From contig NC_043025.1 of assembly GCF_006345805.1 (NCBI RefSeq), positions 1,488,001-1,552,000 of the forward strand: 64,000 nt of DNA, given 5' to 3'. Position 1 is the stretch's first letter; each line of letters begins with the position of its first letter. Made by a program: the position numbers and the translations under genes. The notes under the pieces are model-generated. The model did no database searches. It saw nothing but the letters and a program-made list of their open reading frames with translations, and had not been told where the DNA came from. Of the stretch, positions 1 to 12,869 are shown piece after piece. The DNA is from Octopus sinensis (Eukaryota).

Positions 1-345
1 GCGCTGGAGTGGCTGTGTGGTAAGTAGCTTCCTAACCAACCACATGGTTCCGGGTTCAGTCCCACTGCGTGGCATCTTGGGCAAGTGTCTTCTACCATAG
101 CCCCGGGCCGACCAATGCCTTGTGAGTGGATTTGGTAGACGGAAACTGAAAGAAGCCTGACGTATATATGTATATATATGTATGTATGTATGTTTCTGTG
201 TCTGTGTTTGTCCCCCTAGTATTGCTTGACAACCGATGCTGGTGTGTTTACGTCCCCGTCACTTAGCGGTTCGGCAAAAACAGACCGATAGAATAAGTAC
301 TGGGCTTACAAATAATAAATCCCGGGGTCGATTTGGTCGACTAAA
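1..345 (+). mobile_element. Octopus-type tRNA-derived SINE (composite with internal microsatellite)
   Basis: A-box-like tggctgtgtgg, B-box-like ggttcagtccc. Homologous copies at ~5735-5910 (-), 7300-7632 (-), 7998-8185 (-), 19775-19985 (-), 20150-20580 (+), 21030-21320 (+), 21685-21865 (-), 26040-26350 (+) and their mirrors. Confidence 0.8.
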
Positions 346-359
346 CAAATAAAAATTAA

Positions 360-1055
<696 letters not shown>

Positions 1056-1384
1056 ATACAATCCAGGAATTAACAAGTTTAAAATTAATATTTTATATCG
1101 TTTTCTCGTGTTTCCAGGATTTGGTAATGAAATCGAGGATAGAAGAGCAGAAACAAACTTCTAAGTGAAAATTGAAAAAGTGCCTTCAAAAATCGCCTTC
1201 GATAATATTTTACGTCATAAAATAATATTTTCTCCATATATGATATTAAATATAAATGTATAATATTAAATATAAATAAATACTCTTAAATATGAATATA
1301 TAATATTAAATATAAATATTAATATTAAATATAAATATATACTCTTAAGTATGAATATTAAATATGAATATATAATATTCTTTT

Positions 1385-1506
1385 CTCTAGGCACAAGGTC
1401 GGAAATGTTGGGGGTGGGGGCCAGTCGATTAGATTGACCCCAGTACGCAACTGGTACCTAATTCATCCATCCCGAAAGGATGAAAGCAAATTCGACCTCG
1501 ACGGAA
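1385..1506 (+). mobile_element. SINE 3' fragment (related copies 15238-15365 -, 57345-57472 +)
   Basis: ctaggcacaagg...ccagtcgattagat(c/t)gaccccagtacg..ctggtac...aaggatgaaag. Confidence 0.7.
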
Positions 1507-2357
1507 TATAAATATATAATATTAAATATAAATATTCAATATATTTGCTTGTTAAGAAACTATATTTGTACCTTTCGGTTCACCACTAGGCAACCGAGAG
1601 ACTGCATAATCCACAATAATATAATCTTAAATGTTTAGTTTTCTGCTTTTTTTATTACTCTATATCTGTATCCTGTGACCCGTCGTAACATTTCTATTTA
1701 GCCTATTGCTTGAAACACAGGAAAACAGAAAATGTTGTTTTGATTTGAAACTGTGTTGATATTCTTTCTTATTGCCACTTTAATTTTAACAATGTAAACC
1801 TTAAAATTGTTGAATAAAGGATTAAATCTGACTTATTGCTTGCTTTTGTTTTTTTAGATGAAATAATGTAATACTGTAGTCTAAGTTCAAATACGGCCTG
1901 GAGGGGCAGTGATTTCATCTCTTATTTTAAACATGCCACTAAAAAGTTGAAAACCTGCAAGATATATCCAACTGATAAGATTTATAATCGTTTATCTAAT
2001 TAACATTATTAGGTCTTTCAACTCTCGTTGTTCTAGCAATGAATGTTTCACAAACAATTATATTCCATCTGTCTTTACACATTCATGTCTACTTTCACTG
2101 CACAAATGTCACAACAACACGTGACTGCACATGCCAAAATGTCTACATTGAAGGTAGACTAGTTAGGCTGCAATATCTCGGTATCCAACGTATTTTAACA
2201 TCCGAGGATACAAGTCTCCCCACTGAACGAGATGCCTGTTTGTCGTAAGATTAACCCTTGGTTGTTGCTGGTACTCCTTTTCAGATGAGTGCACTGAAAG
2301 TGTCTTTCTCGTGGATACAACGCACCGAACCAATGGCCCATGCACCTTTATATACAT

Positions 2358-3030
2358 ATACTGGGTTAGTAAAAATAGTGCGTAGCGTTTTTAAGTAAAA
2401 TTCATTTACAATAATCAGGTAGCTGTACATACCTTACTCACTACATTTTTCTATTTTCTATTTTACTCCACTACATTTCTCCATCTCTGAGGCAGCTTCA
2501 TGATCCCTTCCTCCCAGAACTTGGTATCCTTCTGGCTGTTGAATCGATGTAAGATTTTATAGAACTGAACTTCTTCCCAGCAAGGATCAGAATAAATGAT
2601 AATCAGAAAGTGCAAGCTCAGGTGAGTATGGTGGGTAGGGTTGGACATTCCATCCAAGCTGTGTCAGTTTCTGCCTGGTCTGCAAAGAAACGTGCGGTCT
2701 AGCATTGTCCGGATGTAAGACGATACCTTTTCGGTTGGACAATTCCGGACGTTTTTCATCAATTGCCTCCTTTTATCAGTCTAATCTGGAACAATAGTAG
2801 TCTGAAAGTAACGTCTGATTTTGTGAACGTAGCTCGTAATATAAAATACCCTTCCAATCTCACCAGATACAGAGCATCACCTTCTTCGGATACAGACTAG
2901 GTTTTGGAAAAATTGAAGGTGGTTCATCTCGTTTTCCCCAGGACGTTTTTCTTTTATGGTATTAAAAATAACCCATTTCTCATCACACGTCAACATTCTT
3001 TTCACAAATGGACCATTTCTTTCTCCTTAG
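2358..3030 (-). mobile_element. Mariner (Tc1/mariner) transposase remnant with one terminal repeat
   Basis: TCDEKWV, YPKKVMLCIW*DWKGILYYEL, HPDNARPH, PPYSPELALSDYHLF, GIMKLPQRWRNVVE. TIR-like tactgggttagtaaaaatagtgcg near 2358. Confidence 0.9.
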
Positions 3031-3906
3031 CAGAGAACTGCAAGTGGAAATGCGCACTTTTAAGTTTGTTTTTTCTGTTAAGTTATGATGCTCTCGTACG
3101 AGCAATAGCGAGGGCCACAAACCTCGCCGAGACGAACGAGGAAATCGTTACTAAATTCAATCTTCTGCTGATCCGGCCGGGTGAGACCGCATACATTCAG
3201 TATGTCCACTAAGTCCAGGCAAATAGGTGGGAATCTCAGGTGGTACAGGAGGTTTGATCCAATCGGAAACTGTTGGATGTCACGACCGGGCAGGATATCT
3301 GAGAAGTGTTACATTTTTAATGCTGCGTATTGTGCCTCCCAATCGAAGCTTCGCCGTAGTCATTTCGAGAATATGCGCTTGGTCCAATGTGAGTGCGTAT
3401 GTCCATCTGTTATGCACCAAGGGAAACCTACTGCTGCCGCATCGACCCTGTACAATGTCTCGAGGCATAAGAGTGAACGAGTCGATCGATGTTTCGATAA
3501 ATGGCCGTAGTAAATCCGATACATTTTACGTGCTACGCATTGTGCCGCCAAATCGAACATACACCATAGCCTCTAAGAATCGATCGATCCCAAGTGTTTG
3601 ATCGTGTTATACGTTAAGTGATTTCTGTTGCTGCAATAGCCGCCTATGCTCTGTCTCGCGACCTCATTGTGTACAAGCCTAAGGATTTGTGTCTTCACCA
3701 CAGACGCCAGATCGAGTACTAGTTTGTGTGTTGTTGTGTCTTTTAAGTAATGAGTATTCCGCCGCTGACTCGAAGTTTTGTCAGAGTGAACGACTCGAGC
3801 GAATCGCCAAATAAAGGCAAGAGTACGTCCGATAGACTCTCAAGTGGTGCTTAGGGCGCCGCCGAATCCAGGCACTGCTTCACATTAAGTCAATTAACGC
3901 TTACTC

Positions 3907-3961
<55 letters not shown>

Positions 3962-4019
3962 ATATGTATGTATGTATATCTATATATATATACATATACA
4001 TACATACATATATATATAC

Positions 4020-4104
<85 letters not shown>

Positions 4105-4522
4105 CCGGAAAGGCTTTTCCTATAGTTTTCAAATGCGTAATACCTCCAAAACTCATTGTGCATAGTGCCCACAAAATCGACTAAAATAGGCTCGGATGGA
4201 GAAGATTGGGAGTGGAGGGGGTGACATTTAATTTCGTTTCTTGTTAAAAAGATTCTCCACATTATTTCCAAGGGCACCGTGAATAAAAAGGACCCTGAAA
4301 AATCCGTCAAAACGAAGAAATTCCAACTTAATGGGCTACCTATCGCTGACGTCCGACAAATTTTCGTTAAATCAGGATTATTTTCCGTGCCTTAAACAAA
4401 AATAGGTCCAAATTTGAGGAGAACTTATAACTGAATCCGAGGACCTTTCATGCAAAGTTTGAAAATGATTCGCTCTTAGGATTTAAATGCATTGGTAACA
4501 AAAGAGAAGCAAATTCACACAC

Positions 4523-4575
<53 letters not shown>

Positions 4576-4761
4576 CTACAAAATTAGAAAATGGAGAAAC
4601 ATACTTAAATCAATAAAACATCAACCATCAGATGATACCCAATCAATACTTTATTACACCATTACATATCAGTAAAGGCATTATACAACATATATAGTAA
4701 ATATAAATAGACAAGGAAATAGAAATATAAAATATAAAATATAATATGTAATTATATCATA

Positions 4762-4871
4762 TCTGACAGCTGTTTCGGCAGTAAGGGCAGTCATACCTCA
4801 TTTAACCTATAAGCCATAAAGGCAGGTATAAATGAGGCATTAACAAGGATGCCCCACGGCCTCTTCAGAGA
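4762..4871 (-). ncRNA. Type I hammerhead ribozyme motif with long stem II
   Basis: TCT-CTGAAGA-GGC..GCC-GAAA-C-AGCT-G-TC^AGA. Confidence 0.68.
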
Positions 4872-6189
4872 ATTTAATTTGTTATAATTGTGAAAAAATT
4901 ATGAAAAAATTATTTTTCCATATACATATAAATATAAAAATATAAAAATGTAAAATATAAAAACTTGAAGAAAATGGAAAAGCATAGATAGAATAATCAA
5001 TATATTTATTATAAAAGTCAATTCATGTTGCGTACGCGCCTTTTGGTTTATTACTTAAATGCATATTTATGCAATTAAATTGCTTTATGAATTTGAGAAA
5101 AGCAAAAGCCTTCATCAGGGACAAAGCTTACTGCTATCAGGGCAAACATTGACTGTTATATTTTCCATCCTAACGGATGGAGAGTTCATTCCAACTGAAT
5201 TGTAGCACGTATGTCTTAGATTCTGTTCTAATAATAGCTAGAGGTTGATGTTGACCTCACTGAACAAGGGGCGGGTATAGTTCAGAAGAACTAGGTTATG
5301 TTACTATTCACCCTTTTTGGTGGTGCTAATCAACTTTTTGCAAGCTAGCCATTATCTTCATCCCTGTTCAGCTCTTTCTAACTGTATTTATAGAAGAAAC
5401 TGTAATTACAAAATCATTACACTTGAAGTTATGGATTGAATACTGATCTATTTAACTGCTACAAAAAAGTGAAACAAAACCCGAAAAAAAACAACTCCCG
5501 CTTTGAAGTGCTCTCTCGAGAAGAGAGTATTCTCTACCAAAGTAAAAAAAAACCCACTAGATATAATACTAAAAGCTTTTAACGAAATTGGGTATGTCTA
5601 TTTACAGCAGTGTAATGGACCCTCATTCTGGCAGATTAACACCTATCTATATGCTCTGTCTACTACTGCAAAGTAGTACATGAATGAGATTCAAAAAGGG
5701 AACAAAACTGAAACAACAATGAAATATAGTCATGAGGGGATATATACATATCCCCTGATGTGCTTCTTTCAGTTTCTATCTACCAAATCCACTTACCAGA
5801 CTTTAGTCGGCCTAAGGTTATAATAGAAAATAGTTGCTCTAGTTGTGATGCAGTTGGATTGAACCTAGAACCATGTGCTTGAGACTGAAGCTCCTTACCA
5901 CACAGCCACGCCTGTTTATAAATTTATTATTTCGTTCATTATTTTTCAACTTTATTTGTTCCAATGAGTGTTCTGCGACCATGCTGGGGCAACGTCTTGA
6001 ACAGTTTTGCTTGAATGTACGTAGCGTGACACTTAATTTATTTTGTAAGTGTTGTACTTATTGGTTCGGTGTCTATTGTCAAACTGCTAGGTCCTGGGAC
6101 GGAAGCAAAACAAGCGCAATGCTCATGTGGCAATCAAGGAAACGGTACAAAGTCACACACGTACAAATACAAATACAAACGCAAACAAA

Positions 6190-6555
6190 CGTACACACAC
6201 ACTCACACACTTTCACTCACACATACACACACACTCACTCTCACACACACACACACACACTCACACACACACACACTCACTCTCACACACACTCACACAC
6301 ACACTCACACACACACACACACATACACACACACACACACACACTCACTCACACACAAGCACACACTTTCACTCATACACACACACACACACACTCACTC
6401 TCACACACACACTCACACACACACACACTCACTCACACACAAGCACATACTTTCACTCATACACACACACACACTCTCACACACACACTCATACACACAC
6501 ACTCACTCTCACACATACACACACACACTCAATCTCACACACACACTCACACATA
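6190..6555. repeat. (CA)n-derived compound microsatellite with a higher-order unit of ~80 bp
   Basis: acacaagcaca(c/t)actttcactcatac recurs near 6353 and 6437. Confidence 0.85.
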
Positions 6556-8394
6556 TGCGACGATCTTCCACATAGTTTCCTTCTACCATTTCCATTTCAG
6601 GGCATTGGGAAATCCGGAGCTATCAAACATCTGAACCACAAAGATCAATCTGCATCTATTTGTTAATTATATAATTGTTATGGAGTTATTAATCTAAATT
6701 ATTAAATAATCTTGGTATACAGGGACAGGTTAAGAAACATCTCCAAGAATAGTTGTCTTGTACCTGAGTTCATATGATGCTAAAAATAACAGTGAGTCGT
6801 TCACAAACTCGTCTTGTATTTCATACCAGATTGAAGGACACTGTAAGAAAAATTCCTGTTTTTTATATTTATTGCCTTTCTTGAATATCGAAACAGAATA
6901 CAGGAACCATCAAATTTACTTTGATTTACATTTTCCAAAGCGAAGGATACTTACGGCATATTTAGAAAAGAAATAGACATAATGGTGGTATGACAAAGCT
7001 AGAAGCAGCAACCAATAGCCTTCATGTCTCTGTAGTTTTTCATATAAAACATTGAAGGACAGTTTACGAAGCATTTATCAAGTATTGTCCATTATATGGT
7101 CTGGGACTATGCTAGAGATAGAAACGAAGCACCGTGATATATTTTTAAATAGAAAAGTGAAAGACATTTTAAGAAACGTCTATGAAAAAATTGCTACCAA
7201 CACATTATTTACATACATATATATGCACACGCACACACACATACACACAGACAGAGATAGACATACAGACAGACAGAGGCACACACACACATCTGTATAG
7301 CCTGGTATTCTTTTACTGATTTCAGTTGTCTGACTGCGGCCATGCTGAGGGGTTTTAATAGAACAAAACCATCCAAGGACAACATTTTATAAACCAATCG
7401 ATCTCTTTTTGCCGCACCGCTAACAAACGGAGACATAAATACATCAACACCGGTTGATTTATACTTATACATACTTCGGGCTTCTTTCAGTTTCCATCTA
7501 CCAAATCCGTTCACAAGGCTTTGGTCGGTCCAACCGTATAGTAAAGGAAACTTTACAATATTACCGTGCAGTCGGATTGAACCCGGAACCATGTGGTTGG
7601 AAAACACACTTCTTTGATCTCACAGCCACACCTGTATACACATTCATTCCATCGTATTAATCTCTCTCTCTCTCTCATCTCTCTCATGCTGTCTCTATCT
7701 CTCTCTTTCTCCCCTCTCTCTCTCCCTCTCTTTCTATCCCACTCTCAGCCCCTCTCGCCTCTCCCCCCTCTCTCTAACCTTGTTGTATATTACAGAATCA
7801 TTCTAGCTTTCGTATTTCCTCTCTACCTCCCACTCTCACTCCATCTTCTCTTTCTTCCTTACTCCCCTTGCCTCTTCATTATATATCACTCTATCGCATC
7901 GCATTTCTTCCTCGCTTTTATAAGGCAAATTACTTAGAGTTACCTCCCTTAACTTCCAAATCTTAATTCGTACTATTTTTTACTTACTTCACTCATTACA
8001 CTGTGGCCATGTTGGGGCACTGCCTTGGAAGAAATTTTAGTCGACCGAATCGACCCCAGTACTTCTTATTTTTTATTTTATTTTTGCTTAGCCTCGTACT
8101 TATTTTATCGGTATCTTCCTCCGATCCACGAAATTGGTAAATACCCCGACACCAGGTTGTCAAGCGGTAGTAGGGGAGAGACACTAATACACACACACAC
8201 ACACACACAATCATACCTCACCCTACGACGTTGGTTGGTTGGTTCGAAAAGCAACTTCAGTTGAAATAACAATTATTTAAATGTATATACAAATAATAAT
8301 TAAAGCCTATGCTACCCGGGCCTTTTTTTTGGGGTTTTGTTAGCCTATGAATGCGCTAAACTGTATGTATATATGTGTGACCTCGTGAGCACCG

Positions 8395-8580
8395 CCAGCA
8401 TTGTTTTTCCTCTGTCTTCCCTTCTCGGGATCTTTCCTTCTCCTTTGTTTCCGACGAAGAGCTCCGCTCGAAACGTTAAACTCTCCTTCTTCCCTTCTTT
8501 CCTGAGCGTCCAATAATACTTTATTTGTTCCACGTCCTCGCGTTGCTGTGTTTTTTTGTGTTTTCTTGTTTGGATTAACG
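8395..8580 (+). mobile_element. Short dispersed repeat with a hammerhead-like core (other copies ~26460-26645 +, 45429-45630 -, 46159-46350 -)
   Basis: Four near-identical ~185 bp copies, each abutting (TA)n; core GTTT-C(C/T)GACGA-A-GAGC-TCC-GCTC-GAAA-CGTT-AAAC. Confidence 0.7.
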
Positions 8581-8600
8581 ATATATATATATATATAAAT

Positions 8601-8858
8601 TAATTGTTATCGCCATATTAATATGTCATTCTTATAGAAATAAGAATAATCGCTGCTGCTGGTCAGCTCCATGAGGCCACCGCCATCACGATAGCTATTG
8701 ATACACGACTGTATCCATTATAACCTTCGAACAAGGTTATAATGGATACAGTCGTGTATCAATAGCTATCGTGATGGCGGTGGCCTCATGGAGCTGACCA
8801 GCAGCAGCGATTATTCTTATTCTATAAGAATGACATATTAATATGGCGATAACAATTA
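8601..8858. repeat. Near-perfect 258-bp palindrome (arms 127/126 bp, loop CGAAC)
   Basis: Arms are reverse complements except a 1-nt indel. Confidence 0.95.
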
Positions 8859-8919
8859 TTTCCAGTAAACGCTTCTGCAATCTCTATTATAGAGACTTAG
8901 TAATTTTAATATTTCTATT

Positions 8920-9020
<101 letters not shown>

Positions 9021-9052
9021 TACATATATATTTATGTATATATATGTATATG

Positions 9053-9103
<51 letters not shown>

Positions 9104-9396
9104 ACATATATATATATAATATATATACATAAATATATATGTATATATATATATATAATATATATATATATAATATAATATATATATATTTAAGTAGGTG
9201 AATGAATTATCCTATGTTTATCGTCAGCATGGAAAATTCGTTTAACCGAAACCTGGGTAGCAAATTCACGTCAGAAACACGGTTGAAGCGACCTGTCCAA
9301 GGGTAGAAACTCCGGGTTCATGTACAGAAATTTGTGTGTTGTATAGGAATAAATGAAAGAATGGAGTCGAACGAAGATGTTAACAAAATTCCTTTA

Positions 9397-9478
9397 CTCT
9401 CGACATATGTTTCGAAGACAGCATGTTTTCATTCCAAAGGAATAATGGGTGCATTATGCAATCTTCTCATCAGGAAAG
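9397..9478 (-). ncRNA. Type I minimal hammerhead ribozyme
   Basis: CTTTC-CTGATGA-GAAGA..TCTTC-GAAA-C-ATAT-G-TC^GAGAG: full core, stems I and II paired, palindromic loop 3. Confidence 0.78.
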
Positions 9479-10140
9479 AAAGGGAGCCTCTCTCGACAAC
9501 AAGACAAACAAAAATTTCGATGATTGCCTACATGGTAAACAAAGCGATGATGAGTGTTTTTTTTAAAAAACCGTTAAAAGCATTGACGTCAAAGATAGAT
9601 AGTAGGAAGAGAAGGGATAAAGGTATAATAGGTAGGGAACAAGTGGAGAGGGAAGGGTACGTTGATTGAAAGAATGTTCGAAGGCTTAGGAAAGAATTTC
9701 TCTATAGAAGTGGGGTGGACGTAAAGCTAATTGTTCAAACCACAGTGACTATCGTTATCATTTACATGAGTAGAAAGTGTGTTTCTGCCTGTGTTTACAT
9801 TTGTATGATTTTTCTATGAGTGTGTTTACTAGGGGAACCTTAGAGAAGCGAATATGGAAGAGTTCAGAATTGCAAATGTTACAAAATCTCCTGCCCTTAT
9901 CAAAAGGAAAGGATACAGTCAGTATGAACCAATCTAACTTGAAAATTATATTGTTGTCTTTAAGACGCCAAACTAATTTACTTAGCCCTGTAGTATGTCG
10001 TTTTTTACTATCCCTAAATGTTGAATAGTGGTTTGAACTTCTCTCGGATAACTGGGAAGTTATTAATTGTACTACAACCGGTACCGATGCCTTCTTCTAT
10101 ATAGGAGCGTCCACTTCCCAGTTATCCAAGAGAATTTCGT

Positions 10141-12487
10141 GTGGCATTTTCCAGGGTGACTCACTATCACCACTCCTCTTTTGTTTAGCCTTAATACCTC
10201 CCACAATATTGCTCAATGACGCACAGCACGGATATAAAATGTTGGATAAAAATATAAACCATCTCATTTACATGGATGATTTAAAGTTCTTTGCAAAAAA
10301 TGACCAACAACCCAAGGGCTTACTAGCGATTGTTAAACAATCCAGTGATGACATCAGAATGCAATTTGGCCTCGATAAATGTGCAAAAGATACTTTTATC
10401 AAAGGAAAAATGACAGAAACATCTGATGTTTACCTCGACCAGTAGAATGTTAGACCCAGTGGAGAGCTACAAGTACCTAGGGGTAATTGAAGGGAACGGA
10501 ATAAGGCATTCAATGATGAAGGAATGGATCAGGGGAGACTGTTATCGCAGAATAAGAGCAATACTCAAGACAAAGCTGAATGCAAGAAACAGGATCGAAG
10601 CGATCAATGCTTTAGCCATACCAGTCGTGACTTACAGTTTCAATATCATTAACTGGTCAATTACTGAAATATGTAATCTTGACAGAAAAATACGAAAACT
10701 GTTGAGAATGCATAGAATACGCCACCCTAAGGCAGATATAGATCGACTTTATCTACCAGGAAAAGAGGGAGGCCGTGGTCTTTTGCAACTGGCAATAACA
10801 ATGAAGGTTGCTACAATTGGCCTAGACACCTACCTGAAAAACTCTGAGGACTGGATGTTAAAATTTGTCTCAAAAAATGTAATCAAGAAAGCATCATACT
10901 CAGTAACAAAACAGGCAAAGGAATATCTAAGTGAATTCCGAATACCACAAAATTCGGAATTAGAGATAGACATACAAGAAACAAGCACAGAAAAAGCTAA
11001 GCGCATGAAATCTTGTGCTAAAACTGTGGCCTTAGATATTCAGAATTATGAATGGCAAGAAAAACCTCTAAATGGCAAATACCCAAAGAGAGTGAATAAT
11101 ACAGATGTTGACAAAGGCCTGAGCCATCAATGGCTAATGGCCTCTGGTTTAAAATCTGAAACAGAAGGGTTTATCATAGCAGCTCAAGATCAATGCCTAC
11201 CTACAAGGAACGACCAGGTCAACATATTAAAGAACGGCAGTAGTCCAACATGTCGTGTATGTCAACAACAAAATGGAACCATTGATCATGTTGTCTCCAA
11301 ATGCAGTCTTCTAGCGCCTACAGAGTATCTCAACAGATACGATAGAGCTGCACAATATATTCACTGGGTAATTTGCAAAAACCTGGATTTGCCCCATGAA
11401 AAAAACTGGAGGGAACACAAACCACCTCAAGTGCTTGAAAATGACTACATCTCACTCCTCTGGAACTTCACCATTCAAACCGACAGAAAGATAGACGCGA
11501 AAAGGCCAGACATGATATTGGAAGACTTCAGACAAAGAACATGTTTCCTTCAATTTTGACGTCTTTTGCAGCTTTCGAACACCACTTCGCCATTCTTTTC
11601 ATATCCTTAAACGTTTGGATAAATAATATAACGCAGCAGAGATAAGGCAGTGTCTTCACACGACCTACTTCGACTACTGCTCACAGAAACTCCAAAACGC
11701 CCTCTGTCGTCGTCAACGATAAACATCCCGACGAGTCCATCTTTTAAACACACAGGGGTGTTAAGGTCTTTCACCACAACAGTTTACTTTTCTTATTTTC
11801 TCTTTTCTCTTTTCCTCTTTCTTTCTTTCCTCCCTTTCACGTGACTTTGTAAATGACTATTCTGCTTTGTTTATCTCAATGATCTACCAATGTATACAGT
11901 GCGTTTCTCTGAGATAAGTGTCAGAAAGACTCTCGAAAAAAGTTAAAAACAGAATTGAAAGATAACATTGAAAACAATAATAATAATAATAATAATATTG
12001 ACCCAACTGAACTACGTGAACTAAATGACTGTCCCAATCGATATAAACGTATCTGTCAAGACCTACCAAAAACTGAGCAAATATAAAGATCTTGAAATAG
12101 AAATCAGCAAAATGGGGAACCTGAAGACTAAAACAATACCTGTTGTCATAGGTGCCCTGGGAATAGTAGCAAAAGGGGCTGATTGCTCCCTATCTTAGAT
12201 ACCATGAAACCCAAAAATGGCAGAAATTCAAAAGATAGTGCTCATGGGAACTGCTCATATCCTACGCAAAATATTTTCTTCGTAATCTCAAGGTTTAAAA
12301 CAAACATAATTTTCGTATGGTTCTTTAGGCATTCACTAGTACAACACTAAGTACAAAACCAAATATATCGCACCCTAGGCATAACACCAATATGAACTTC
12401 CAATTTGTTGTCTCTTGAGGTCTCTGGGTGAGACTTGGAGCCAGCTTGTGCAAATGTAAAGCAAAAGTCAAACATAGAATAATAATA
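10141..12487 (+). mobile_element. R4/Dong-like RLE LINE, 5'-truncated and rearranged; (TAA)n tail
   Basis: GIFQGDSLSP, YMDDLK, CRVC..H..SKC zinc knuckle and KRPD RLE motif (ORF 10426-11559); aataataat tail. Confidence 0.9.
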
Positions 12488-12539
12488 ATTAAATAATGAT
12501 GATAATAATGATGATGTTGATGATGATGATGATGGAATT

Positions 12540-12860
12540 TTCTATCGATCTAGAGAAGAAAAGGTGATATATATGACAGGTTAGCTTGGGAGGTTAAGCA
12601 GATATGGTCAATGAAAATGGTGGTAGTAGTACCAATAATTGTCGGAGCCCTGAGAACAGTGAGTTAAAATGTTGAGAAGTACGTGGAACAAATAGAGGCT
12701 ACAATAAGGGTGGGGCACTTGCAGAAAACAGCACTGCTTGGAATCGCTCGAATATTCCGGAAGGTTCTTGAAAAATAAGAGGTGTTACCTTAGTTCACTA
12801 GTAGTGAACAACTGACACTGTAGTACATCTCTAGCGTTAGAAACAGTGCAAAGGCAATAA
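12540..12860 (+). mobile_element. 3' end of a second RLE LINE family (mirror ~59790-60120, -)
   Basis: LAWEVKQIW..VVPIIVGALRTV..LQKTALLGIARIFRKVLE followed by a (TAA) tail. Confidence 0.75.
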
Positions 12861-12869
12861 TAATAAAAA

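Noticed and set aside
1980-2330. Possible MULE/SWIM relic (CRHFGMCSH)
   Set aside because: Single short motif among stops; unsupported.
6700-7200. Possible pogo/DDE transposase relic (GGMTKL..LHVS, LKDSLRS)
   Set aside because: Similarity too weak to support without a search.
10426-11559. 377-aa ORF as a host gene
   Set aside because: RT C-terminus, zinc knuckle and RLE of a truncated R4-like LINE; the mirror copy is disrupted.
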